Source: Selaginella moellendorffii
Taxonomy: Eukaryota; Plantae; Lycopodiophyta
DNA: 64,000 nucleotides
Assembly: GCF_000143415.4 (NCBI RefSeq)
Contig: NW_003314337.1
Location: 575,234-639,233 of the forward strand
Direction of reading: 5' to 3'
Notes under the pieces: generated by a model
What the model was told of the DNA's origin: nothing
The model's database searches: none
The model's input: only the letters and a program-made list of their open reading frames with translations
Translations under genes and position numbers: made by a program
In this document: positions 47,250 through 58,043 of the stretch, in pieces
Position numbering within the stretch: position 1 is the first letter of the stretch
Layout: every line of letters starts with the position of its first letter

Positions 47250-49981
47250 GGTGCGACATACCTCCAGGAGAACCTGTTGGTGCTCGGCTGTGCCCTCCAT
47301 TCTGTGGAGACGGTCCACACTGCCGTTGGCTTCCCTCGGTGTCTGGCCCAAGAGAATCCCCGTACCGTGTATTTTGTGAATCCTGTCCACTCTGTTATCG
47401 CCCGCTCCATCCGAGTTTGGTAGTCTCCGAGAGCTACTATCTCTGGGAAAGTCCCATTTCCACGCTGGACCAGCCAGTCCCCTGCCTCTGACGTTGCCAG
47501 CTCTCTCTTCGGGGGAATCCATCGGATCGCCAAGTTCACTGTTTTGGGGAGTACTGTCTGGAAGCCTTCCACGCTGGTTTCCACTGGGGGACCTTCAAAA
47601 AGCCTGCTCTTAGAGCCCGAGCCTGCTACAGGTGGGGCCATTGGGAACCTGATGTGCGGGGCACACGCTGGTTCACGTTGTAGTAGCACTTTTTCTTCCT
47701 CCACTGGAAGCTCGAATGGCCGTTCCAGGGCCAATTTCTCTGTCCTCGCTGTGCACGCTGTCTCCTGGTGGCCCAGCCTCTGACAGATCCTACATCTTTT
47801 CCCTGTGGTTTCTGTTTGGACCCTGATATATTGTCCCAATACAGCCAACTCCGTTGGGGTCTCTGCTGGAGAGTCTACAAAGACTTTTAGCCTGATCGGC
47901 CCTAGCACTCCGCCAGCTTCCACCGTATCTAGCCCTGAAGCAATATTCCCAATACTGCTTTCCACCACCTCTTTGATCACGTCCTGTGATCTCATCTCCA
48001 TCGGGACATCCCAGAGTGCAATATTGAGAGGAAAGCTCCCTCCCTTCAGTCGTGCTTGTTCTTCTGCAGTAAACCTTGGGACCCAGGGGTGGAAAGACAC
48101 AGCCCATTGGCTGTCAATCACTCCATGCAGCTCCTCCGCCCGTCTTCTTGCCTCCTCATCCTCGAACACGACTGTGTAGCACCCTTTACCATGCGGGAGT
48201 AGCTTCTGGACCGTGATCCCTTTCTCCAGCGATGCGTTGAGCCAGTCAATGGCTAGGCGTCCTGTTGGAAAGCTACCTCGGAAGACCGCGATAGTTGCTT
48301 TTAGTTTCAGTTCAGCTTCCTTAGCTGCCACTACTTGCTGCAAGTGTTTCCGCAGCTGCACTGCTTTAGTCCTGTTATTATGTATTACCCTCTCACTGTT
48401 GGGGACCTGTACGTTTGTCTTCATCTCTAAACCGTCTCCGCTTCCATGCGTGTCCTCCTTGCTGTTCTGTCCTGCGTCAGCGTCCTGGTCCTTGGGTCCC
48501 TCAGGGTCCTTGGACTGGACCTCTCTCCCACCGTTTCCTCCATCTCTTTCTGCTTGATCTTTGGGGCACTCAGCTTCCTCTCTTTCAGACTGATCTCCTG
48601 TTTTCTTTTCGATCGCCTTGCCACCTTTCCTGGAGACTTGCTTCTTCTCGTGAACTGGTGACTCCTCTTGTTGTAGGAATTCTTCCACTGCTTCTGTCCA
48701 CTCTGTCCTCTCTTGCTCCTTGCTCCACGCTTTCAACTTTCTCCTCGCCGCCTTGCGTTCCTTTTTCTTCTCCGTTTTGTTCTTCTTGCTCTCGTTCTGG
48801 GCCTCTTCTCTCATTTGCTGCATTTCCCTCTCCTGGTCCTCGAGCAGCTCTGTAAGAGGCTTATCTAAGTCTCTACGCGTCTGTTGCTCCCCTTGGGTGT
48901 CTTTCCCCTGTCCGCTTCGGGTGGCCATCCTTTCTTCCAGGTTTATCGGTTTTGCCTTGTCCAGATTCTTCCTGCTCTCCATCTCATCCGCGACTAGGTG
49001 GAAAGCCTCCCTGTATGCTGGGCCGAGTACTAGGTCCTCCCCGAGTACGTTTGTCTCTTGGTGCCAGATCTCTGCCATGAGGATATCCTGGTGTAGGATG
49101 AGATCTTCTTTGGAGCTCCTACTAAGCTTCAGCTTGAAGTCCCTCGGACTCCAACGCAGCTCTCCTGCATCAGTCAAGCATGGCATGCACTCCTGCACGT
49201 CAACTGTCCTCGTATGAGACTTGATCTTTGGTTGAGATCCCACCGATTTAGCGGGAGACTGCATCACCGGCTCCTTCAGTCTGTTTGTGAGGTCTGAGAG
49301 GCACCTATGTGCGAACTTGTGGCTGAGTGAGACCACAATGCTCCTGTCTCTGATATTCGCTCGATCCAGTGGCAGGGCATTGTCTCCTAGGACATTCTCC
49401 CTCCCTTCCTGCTCGTCTGGGCCTCTCTGCGTTTCAAGGACATCCCTTGTCTCCTGTCTCGGGGTGTATGATGTTGGAGAGGGCTCTCGTTCCTCCCTAG
49501 GCTCAGTGGTGGGGGACACCGTGCTCCCTTGATTGTCCTCTTTTCCTGTTACTGCTCTTGCTTGGCTTGTCTCGCCTCGCTCGCGAGTGTCTCTCCCTTG
49601 CTTGCGTGGTGTTGTTGTCCGGGAACCTTCGCCACCTTTCATCTCCCGGTTCGGTGTTGCCATTTCTCCTACTTCTGAGGCTCCCAAGTGACTCCTCAGA
49701 GTTGCAGTTCCCAGCAGCTGGTGCTGCTCCACTGGTTCCTTGTCCACTGGAATTCCGAGGCTTAGCCCCGCACTCTGCTCTAGTGCACCCAACCTTATGG
49801 GACCACTCACATCCTCCTCCTTTGCCCATACCTTTTTTGCCAGCCTCCCTAGGCTCCTTGTCCACCTGGGGCTCACCCTTCCCTCAGCCGTGTCCTCCTG
49901 TGTTTCTTCGTCTACTCCAACTTGGTTAACCTTGCATCTGTCCATTGATCGAACTGAGCTGGCTGGGGCGCCTCCTACCAC
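47246..49981 (-). CDS. LINE ORF1 protein, copy C (start uncertain)
   Basis: 911-aa open frame with a charged coiled coil, a DUF4283/RRM-like region and the zinc knuckle CRICQRLGHQETAC. Confidence 0.85.
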   Translation of the reverse strand: MVGGAPASSVRSMDRCKVNQVGVDEETQEDTAEGRVSPRWTRSLGRLAKKVWAKEEDVSGPIRLGALEQSAGLSLGIPVDKEPVEQHQLLGTATLRSHLGASEVGEMATPNREMKGGEGSRTTTPRKQGRDTRERGETSQARAVTGKEDNQGSTVSPTTEPREEREPSPTSYTPRQETRDVLETQRGPDEQEGRENVLGDNALPLDRANIRDRSIVVSLSHKFAHRCLSDLTNRLKEPVMQSPAKSVGSQPKIKSHTRTVDVQECMPCLTDAGELRWSPRDFKLKLSRSSKEDLILHQDILMAEIWHQETNVLGEDLVLGPAYREAFHLVADEMESRKNLDKAKPINLEERMATRSGQGKDTQGEQQTRRDLDKPLTELLEDQEREMQQMREEAQNESKKNKTEKKKERKAARRKLKAWSKEQERTEWTEAVEEFLQQEESPVHEKKQVSRKGGKAIEKKTGDQSEREEAECPKDQAERDGGNGGREVQSKDPEGPKDQDADAGQNSKEDTHGSGDGLEMKTNVQVPNSERVIHNNRTKAVQLRKHLQQVVAAKEAELKLKATIAVFRGSFPTGRLAIDWLNASLEKGITVQKLLPHGKGCYTVVFEDEEARRRAEELHGVIDSQWAVSFHPWVPRFTAEEQARLKGGSFPLNIALWDVPMEMRSQDVIKEVVESSIGNIASGLDTVEAGGVLGPIRLKVFVDSPAETPTELAVLGQYIRVQTETTGKRCRICQRLGHQETACTARTEKLALERPFELPVEEEKVLLQREPACAPHIRFPMAPPVAGSGSKSRLFEGPPVETSVEGFQTVLPKTVNLAIRWIPPKRELATSEAGDWLVQRGNGTFPEIVALGDYQTRMERAITEWTGFTKYTVRGFSWARHRGKPTAVWTVSTEWRAQPSTNRFSWRYVAP

Positions 49982-49984
49982 TTC

Positions 49985-50401
49985 TCAAGACTCCCTCATC
50001 TTGGGTGTGCTGGCCACTACCATTTCCTTAAGGAGCTTGAGATTTTCTTCTGCCCGGGCCATCGTCTCCTTAGTTCCTCTCTGTATTTCCTCTGCGAGAT
50101 CTTCTATCTTTTTCGCCTTCTGCTTCTCACTGTCCAGCCCCTGAGACTGCTCCGTCTGTGGGACTCCTCTGTTGGATTCGTTGCTGCTGGGATCCAAGTT
50201 CATCTTACCAGGCCCTGTGTTGTCGTGGCAGCCGAGGGGTGGCTGCTTCGTGCCCATTGGGGTCTTGTGGCTTGCTGCTCGTCCTTTGATCAGTCCACCT
50301 TGGGGTAGGCGAATGCTGAGGCCTCTCCCTCTTGTCCCTCGTCCCAGCGTGATGGGCTGCCCTCGAGCTCTTCCTCTGCTCGGTGATTTGTTTGGGTCCA
50401 T
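49985..50401 (-). CDS. LINE upstream ORF (ORF0, 138 aa), in frame with ORF1 across a single TGA
   Basis: The ATG, the 417-nt length and the TGA are all conserved in copy A (41268-41684). Confidence 0.55.
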   Translation of the reverse strand: MDPNKSPSRGRARGQPITLGRGTRGRGLSIRLPQGGLIKGRAASHKTPMGTKQPPLGCHDNTGPGKMNLDPSSNESNRGVPQTEQSQGLDSEKQKAKKIEDLAEEIQRGTKETMARAEENLKLLKEMVVASTPKMRES

Positions 50402-50639
50402 CCTGGGCGCAAGAAAATGAGACAACACAGAGATCAGAATAGAGAGCTTCTTCCCTGAGTCTCGCGGCGGATGCCCCCGCCGACGGTAGCAAGTGTGGGG
50501 AGATTGGGCGCTCTCCCCTTGGCGCTCTTCTACCTCTGACTGCTCCTCCGGTCACGGCAGCCATGGTGCTGGACGCTGCGCCCCTTTCCGCCCTAAAACA
50601 CCAATCATTTTTTTAGGTCCCTTCAGGTCCCTGGGTCGA

Positions 50640-51846
50640 TGCAACGTGTATGTACATTTCTCCAAGTCCCTTAGGGACTGATACAAAAAAGCAAGAATCC
50701 CTTAGCGCTGTTCACTCAACTACGCTGTCCTGCAATTCTCCACCTAGTAGTGATCGCTGCCCTCCAATCGTGGCTGCTGTGGTCGTCGCCTCCTCAGTGC
50801 ATCCAGCGCCAGATCGCCACGTCGAGCCTCCTTTGTTACCGTGTCCGAAGGTCTCCATTTCCACTTGACCTCCCCCTCGTGTTCAGTTCCGTAGCACGGA
50901 GTCCATAGTCGTCGCCAAGCTGTGAGTGCCTCCCTGTTTTTCCCATGCTCCTGGAGCAGCGTATCCCTCAAGCGGATAGCAGCTAGCGTGAGCCTCCACC
51001 AATTCGCCATGATCTCTGAAATCCGAGCGCACTGTCCTTCGAAGTGGCTGCGGTTCCGAGCCTCCCAGAGTGCCTGTACCCCGGAAGCCCGCCATACCTC
51101 CCATCTCGCCCGTCCAAGGGCCTCCCACACTGTAGTCCCAACTTCGGCGCCTACCGCGTCCCACCTAACTCGGGTGCCCCATCCTGAGCGTCCCCAACAC
51201 CCGATCTTCCGCCAAGCTGCTCCTGTGCTTGGTCCCCTTGCCTCTAGAAACCATTGGGTGACATCCCCTTCTCGAATTTCGAACTCCTGCTTGACCCCTA
51301 GTTCCCTCGTCGCTTTTGCTACCTGCCGCCACGTCTCCTTGGCCACGTCACAATCCCAGAGGAGGTGTGTGACCGTCTCCAGTTCCCTGCATTCCGGACA
51401 CTTGCGAGCATTCTCCGCTTGAAATCGCTGGCCTACTGGCAGCCCATTCGTCGCCACGAGCCAAGAGGTTACCTTTGATTTTTCCTGGATCGGTTGTTTC
51501 CAGAACGCCACGGTATTGTCAATCACCTGGTCCGCCTCCACTCCTAGCGCGATCCACTTTTGCCACAGTCGTGGGATTTCTTCTCTCTCAAATTCTCTGT
51601 TCACCATCAAACCGTTCCGCGCATCCTTGACCTCGTAGGTGAAGAAGCTGTTCGCCCCGCGTCTCCACGCTGCTGGGTCCCAGTCCAGGTCTTCTATTAG
51701 CTCTTTCCTCCACCATATTAGCCGTCCCTCTCCTTCTAGCCAGCATGGTGACTCTACCACTTCTGTCCGAGTTGCTGTCTGTCTTAGAACCCGGATTCGT
51801 CCTTTCACTTCATCGTCCGTGACCTGCGGCATCTGTTGGGGATTCC
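50640..51846 (-). mobile_element. 5'-truncated LINE copy D
   Basis: Translation identical to the C-terminus of copy C ORF2. TSDs at 50626-50639 and 51848-51861. Confidence 0.93.
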
Positions 51847-51847
51847 T

Positions 51848-51886
51848 GGTCCCTGGGTCGAGACCCACCCGGAGCCACCTCTTTTT
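51848..51886 (+). ncRNA. 3' half of an interrupted tRNA-like Pol III unit (B-box, 3' stem strand, T5 terminator)
   Basis: GGTCCCTGGGTCGAGACCCACCCGGAGCCACCTC-TTTTT. GGGTCGAGACCC resembles the B-box GGTTCGANNCC. Confidence 0.5.
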
Positions 51887-52530
51887 GGCAAAATTTGAGT
51901 AGTGGAGGGAATATTCTTGGAATAATAGAGAGCACGAGCTTTGGGGGCCGTTTTAGACCCGTGCGTGCATTTCACATGGGACTAACGCCGTTGGGTTCGT
52001 GTTCATGGGGGGCACCCTCCCCAGTGCCAGGAGGTGCAAGGACCTCCCGAGGTTTGCCCCTTTCGCCCAGCAGTTGCAAGGGTTTGCCGTTTTCGACAAG
52101 GCACGCATGGTGCCAGAATGGCATGGGGGGCCCAGCCAATTCGGATTGATGGCCTCGACGCAGGCTTCACCACAGCACTCCTGGGGTCGCGTTCCAGTGC
52201 AGGCCCGAGCACCAGTGCGGTGTTTTCCTTGAGAGTGAGATGCGCTCCCGGCGGCAGCCCACGCATGGGGCCCACGGTCCGTTGGCATGGCTGCGACCGG
52301 GGCGTCACGCCGGCTGGCCCCGCTGGTGCTGGAGCGCGAGTGGGCACACGGATTGCCACGTGGGATGCATCTTCTCCCATGGGAAAAACCGCAAAAGCAG
52401 GCACTCAGGACATGGAAAAATGTACTTGGCCACACGGGCCAGTTGCACGCACCGCCCCGGTCGCTCCCATGCGCCCAAGAGCGAAAGGGGGCCCACGGTC
52501 CACGAGATATGGCAACGGGAACGACACAGA

Positions 52531-52818
52531 ACCCATTGCACTGGTGCGGGACGGTGGGGCAACAAAATCAGGATCCGTTTCTGTGGAAACGGGTGGATTC
52601 ACGCGAGCTTTCCAACAGTTCAAGTCCCATCGCGAACCAAGCTACAGATGCTGCCCACTTGCGCAAAAATGCAGTGTCAAACCCATCGCAATGGTGCGGG
52701 CCGGTGGAGCAACGAAATCCAGATCCGTTTCTGTGGAAACAGGTGGATTCACGCAAGCTTTCCAACGGTTCAGGTCCCATCACAAACCGAGCCACGGATC
52801 TTGCCCACTCGCGCAAAA
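52531..52818 (+). repeat. Two diverged tandem subrepeats, period 150 bp
   Basis: ACCCATTGCACTGGTGCGGG... at 52531 recurs as ACCCATCGCAATGGTGCGGG... at 52681, and both end GCGCAAAA. Confidence 0.85.
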
Positions 52819-53030
52819 CCCATATCCAGACCCTAGCCCTAGCCACGTGTCACGGGGACCGCCAGTCAAACTCATCCCCGCCGGTCAACCACCCCACCGC
52901 ACCAACGGCCGCGATTGCCCCGCTTAACCCCCACTTAATCGCACTAAGCGCACCCCATAATCGCCCTTTGGTAGTTAAACCCCCTCCCATAAACCCAATA
53001 AATTTAACTGACACGAAAAAATGTAACGGA

Positions 53031-53102
53031 GGGGTGGTAGAGGCCTAGTGGCAGAGACCCCCAATGTAAAAACAAGTCCACACAAATAGGTCCCTGGGTC
53101 GA
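53031..53102 (+). ncRNA. 5' half of an interrupted tRNA-like Pol III unit (5' stem strand, A-box, start of B-box)
   Basis: GGGGTGGT, then AGGCCTAGTGG (A-box-like TGGCNNAGTGG), ending in the LINE target GGTCCCTGGGTCGA. Confidence 0.5.
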
Positions 53103-54559
53103 TGCAACATGTATGTACATTTCTCCAAGTCCCTTAGGGACTGGTACAAAAAACAAGAATTCCTTAGCGCTGTTCACTCAACTACGCTGTCCTGCAATTC
53201 TCCACCTAATAGTGATCTCTACCCTCCAATCGTGGCTGCTGTGGTCGTCGCCTCCGCAGTGCATCCAGTGCCAGATTGCCACGTCGAGCCTCCTTTGTTA
53301 CCGTGTCCGAAGGTCTCCATTTCCACTTGACCTCCCCCTCGTGTTCAGTTCCGTAGCATGGAGTCCATAGTCGTCGCCAAGCTGTGAGCGCCTCCCTGTT
53401 TTTCCCATGCTCCTGGAGCAGCGTATCCCTGAAGCGGATAGCAGCCAGTGTGAGCCTCCACCAATTCGCCATGATCGCTGAAATCCGAGTGCACTGCCCT
53501 TCGAAGTGGTTGCAGTTCTGAGCCTCCCAGAGTGCCTGTACCCCGGAAGCCCGCCATACCTCCCATCTCGCCCGTCCAAGGGCCTCCCACACTGTGGTCC
53601 CAACTTCGGCTCCTACCGCGTCCCACCTAACTCGAGTGCCCCATCCTGAGCGTCCCCAACACCTGATCTTCCGCCAAGCTGCTCCTGTGCATGGTCCCCT
53701 TGCCTCTGGAAACCATTGGGTGACATCCCCTTCTCGAATTTCGAAATCCTTCTTGTCCCCTAGTTCCCTCGTCGCTTTTGCTACCTGCCGCCACATCTCC
53801 TTGGCCACGTCACAATCCCAGAGGAGGTGTGTGACCGTCTCCAGTTCCCCGCATTCCGAACACCTGCAAGCACTCTCCGCTTGGAACCGCTGGCCTACTG
53901 GCAGCCCATTCGTCGCCACGAGCCAAGAGGTTACCTTTGATTTTTCCTGGATCGGTAGTTTCCAGAACACCACGGTGTTGTCAATCACCTGGTCCACCTC
54001 CACTCCTAGCGCGATCCACTTTTGCAACAGTCGTGGGATTTCTTCTCTCTCAAACTCCCTGCTCACCATCAAACCGTTCCGCGCATCCTTGACCTCGTAA
54101 GTGAAGAAGCCATTCGCTGCTGGGTCCCAGTCCAGGTCTTCTATTAACTCTTTCCTCCACCATACTAGCCGTCCATCTCCTTCTAGCCAGCATGGTGACT
54201 CTACCACTTCTGTCCAAGTTGCTGTCTGTCTTAGAACCCGGATTCGTCCTTTCACTTCATCGTCCGTGACCTGCGGCATCTGTTGGGGACCCCCCGCCTC
54301 AAGGAGTGTGTCACCTCTCACTACACGAAGAGGCCTGCCAAGGTTTTGGTCTGGGTCTGTCACAAACCACACCTCAATCTCCCCCTCATTCCACGCTGGG
54401 GTTGGCATCGTGAACGCCCGAGTCCATTTCCCAAGTGGTAACTGCTCGCCGTCCGACGTCTCCTCCCTTTGAATTGCCACAAAGTCCCCAGCATGTAGCC
54501 TTCTTGTTGGCCATTTATCCCTTGTCCGTGCCTCTATCACTGCCCGCAGTAGCTTCAGT
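53103..54559 (-). mobile_element. 3' fragment of LINE copy E (more diverged), ending at a G19 run
   Basis: Same 3' terminus next to the target at 53089-53102. No second TSD at 54560. Confidence 0.9.
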
Positions 54560-56189
54560 GGGGGGGGGGGGGGGGGGGCTGCAGGGGGTTCCAAAAGTAT
54601 AGTAGGGATAGTGAAGTCCAGGAACTAGTCTTGAAGGAACTCTCTAGTGGTGCTTCCAAACTAACTTGAGGTTGAGACTGGGGCCGAGGGGCCTTGGGTG
54701 AGAGTGAGCATGGACTCAGGTGGTGTTGGAGGGGCCACCCAAGGAAGTGCTCAAGAGTAGATCCCACTCCCAAAAGAGAAACCGACTGCGGTGCTTCCGG
54801 CTCATGTGGAGTGGTGCCCCACTTGAGTACCTTGCGGCTTAGACGAGGTAAGCTGGCAAATTGGAAAGGAAAAATTTGTGGCTTACAATTTGCTTCAGGG
54901 GCCACAAAATTGGCTGGAAATGACATTGCTCACACTATGATTCATGGGTGCTAATCTGGGATGGAGGCGGTGGATATGAGACATGCAAGCTCTAGAGAAT
55001 GGGGTCAACAAGTGGAAAGGTGCTCCACTCTTGCTAAAGACCATCTAAACAATCCAATAGCAACAGCCTTGACAACTGGCTTCTTTGTCCTCAGATGGAT
55101 GAAGGAGACATCAAGGACAAGGGATTCTCTCTCTAAAATTCCTCTCTCATATAAGCAATGGAATTGTTGCAGGTAGCCCCCACTGAAGGCTATACCTATA
55201 GCATGCTCACATACATGATGGTTTTGGAGAGACCACTTAGAGTTCAGCTTCTAAAGTTCCTCTCCTCAAGTCTCACATTGTCCACAAATGTAAAAACATT
55301 TCTCCTTTCTTGACAGCATCCAGATGGTAGAAAGCTTGTCTCAACTTCAAAATCAAGCTCAAGTGTTGAGCTGAGGTGAAATAAAACTTTCTCTTTCATG
55401 TTTCTTTTTCTAAACTTCTGCTGCCAAGCCAAGATTCCTTGATATTTCATTATTCATGATGATCCTACCAGTGGACTAGAAGAAGGCAATATACAGGTAG
55501 TAGAGAAAGAAACAGGATTTCTCCTTGATTGTTCTTTTAAACCACTTTGAACTGAGCCAGGATGATGAGAACTTGTGTTTGGCTTGGATCGTCTCCTTGA
55601 GATTTTTTGAACAGATTTGCTTCTCCAGTACTATTTTTTATTTCATTCTTACTAGGTGCAAGAAACATATTGGTCCAACAGTGCTACATGACAAGAAGCC
55701 TAGACCCTAGAGCCCTTGTTGGCCCAGCAGAGCTAGCACCACCAGGGCATTGCCATCTTTTGACAGCTCCTGTATTTACCACCTTGCCCTAGCATATCAA
55801 ACATGTGAGGAGGAAAATGACACAGTCTTTGGATTCTTGTACGTTGGCATATTTAATTCTTCATTAAACAAAGCTAAAGTAAATTCCATTAGAAGTTTAA
55901 TACAGCTACAATGCAGACGAGGAGCATGTGATTGAGCCTTCAACATTCAATGGTCCCTTCTACAAATGGGCTTGCAAAGAATCAACATTGAGTGGCCTTC
56001 CAAACCCTTGGAATATAAATACAACCGTATAAAACCCTAAGAATATTCTTCTAGGATCCAAAATATATATTAAAAGAAATAGCTCTGTAGCAGATGATCA
56101 CTTTGCTCATGCCTTCAAAACCTTCAAGTGAGTGCTGATTGCATGACAAGCATCATCACTCCTGCTGATACTAAAGTGAGTAACAACAT

Positions 56190-56800
56190 CAATAAGATTC
56201 CTTATCTTGGCAAGGAGGCTTTTCATTTTGATGATTTAAGCTAATTAAGAGTTTCAAAGTCACTTGTATAACCTTTGCAAAAGTTTTCCAAAATCCACTA
56301 GTGAATTTTGAATCTTGATCACTAATGATGTCTTTTGGTAAACCAAAATTAAGAAAAACCTTCTTCAAATAGATTATAACCAAGTTTAAGGCAGTGACAA
56401 TCTTTCAAAAAGCCAACAACTACACAAATTTATCAAATGATCCACTATAACCCATTCTTGCTCCTTTTTCCTCTGTGTTCGTAGTAAATAAGTGATGACA
56501 TCTATAGAGATGTTACACTAATGGCTCTAAAGAATAGGTGAAGGTTGCAAAATTCCCCCCGGCTTCTCCTGTGGCACCTTTACAAGTTGACAAAGCTTGC
56601 ATATTTTACAATACTCAAAGATATCAACCTTCATATTCCTCCAATAAAAATTGCACTTAATTAACTCATATGTCTTCTTCCCCCCAAAATGACCGGCCTC
56701 TGGACAATCATGATAATGGAATAAAACTTAAGTAATCAACACATCCACCCGTGGCAAATATACATGGCTATTGTAGTATAGAATCCATCCACCAATGAGA
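56190..56800 (-). pseudogene. Degenerate Ty3/gypsy (Tf2/chromovirus-like) integrase
   Basis: FGLPKDIISDQDSKFTSGFW; upstream HDCPEAGHFGGKKTY...FYWRNM and CKLCQ. Confidence 0.75.
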
Positions 56801-58001
56801 AATGTGCTCCCATCTAAACTCGCAAAGAGACCACCTTAGCATCTTGAGTTTGAGCACTTAATCAATTGCCTAAACTCATTGACTGCCTCACTCAAATGAT
56901 GACAAAACCAAATGAGCATTTTGATTAAAGGCTCGCAGCTCATAAATAACATCTTGAATGGTTCAAACCTCTACAACTTCGTCGGCACCATTATTAACAC
57001 CACTATCAACAATAGGATGCCAATTTTCAGTTTGGTCGGCCATCACAATCAACTCTTTTAATACCAATGTTATAATCCAATGCGAAAAGATAAAGATCTA
57101 GTCTCCCTAAACTACACTATACTTCCTCTTGAAGTTCCTCACCACCCAACCACCCCCAAACTACCTCAAAAGTTCCACTGTGCTGCCACTCCATTTTGAG
57201 CCCTAGGGTGGGTTCTTTACCCTAACATGCCTTAATATACAACTTTGAGCTTCCTTTTAACTGATATTGACCATGTGGTCAAAGCTTGCACCTAACAATG
57301 TTAAGGTACTTGAGGCTAGACATGGTTGCACTCCAAGTAAAACTTCCTTAGTGGATTGACTTAAAATTTCAAGGTTTTTTTTATGATGGTTTTATAGATG
57401 AGTGTTTTGCTTAGCTAGCCAATGTGAAGAAATTCTTGGCTACTATAGGAACTCCAAATGTAGAGGCTTTAGTGAATATTCCAATAATTTTACGTGGTGG
57501 AATGGGCTTGAGGAGTCTTGTATTGTAGATAAGAACCCACTAGTGTCTATTATGGATAAGTTTGAGGCTTCTTTTTATTTAAGATTTGCCCCTCACTACG
57601 ACATGAAGAATGCTTGCACAGAACTTTGACATTTCTAGTAAAGGAAAATGACGTTTGGGGACTATATTGAAAAGCTTAGTGGCTTGATTAGCCATGTTCT
57701 CATGAAGGATCCAGATCAAAACAAGTCCTACTTCATTGATAGCCTTTACTATAAAAGTATGCAGCAGCACTTGCATCATTCTTAGCTTACAAAGAGTTTG
57801 GAAGGCCCCTTTGATGCAGCTTGCTGACTTGACAATGAAAAACCCAAGTCTTATAGGTGTTTGAGGAGTCCCTCTATTGATAATTATAATGATGATTGTC
57901 ATAGACACAAGGATAGGCACAAATATCACAAGCTGAAGTCTTTGATGATTACTTCGGATACAAAGAAGTAGTAGTTCTTTATGAAGAATTATAGTCAAAA
58001 T

Positions 58002-58043
58002 TGTCATCATTGCAGCGAACTTGGACACTATAAGGCTGATTGT
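58002..58043 (+). pseudogene. Gag-type CCHC zinc-knuckle remnant
   Basis: Translates CHHCSELGHYKADC (CX2CX4HX4C) within decayed sequence. Confidence 0.6.

Larger units (their letters stand above)
42628..50613 (-). mobile_element. Full-length (~8 kb) L1/Tx1-like site-specific LINE, copy C, potentially active
   Basis: 5'UTR, ORF0, ORF1, intact ORF2 and ~100-nt 3'UTR without poly(A). TSDs at 42614-42627 and 50626-50639. Confidence 0.93.

Noticed and set aside
47250-47522. N-terminal 91-aa extension of ORF2 given by the ORF track
   Set aside because: It overlaps ORF1 and is not open in copy A. The APE domain starts at MTTLTCLTWN.
52034-53048. 297/253/198-aa ORFs in the spacer
   Set aside because: These are overlapping GC-rich frames across subrepeats with no recognisable motifs.
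41784-53102. CRISPR-like recurrence of GGTCCCTGGGTCGA
   Set aside because: The 'spacers' are 0.8-8-kb LINE copies, so these are target-site duplications. There are no cas genes.
53031-53102. Canonical tRNA, 5S or U2 gene as the LINE target
   Set aside because: There is no anticodon stem or proper D-arm and no resemblance to 5S or U snRNA that I can see. It is kept only as tRNA-like.
54560-54578. G19 run (and C15 at 63928-63942) as functional G4 elements
   Set aside because: They lie at junctions of decayed elements near the G-rich part of LTR-like sequence, and homopolymer length is unreliable.
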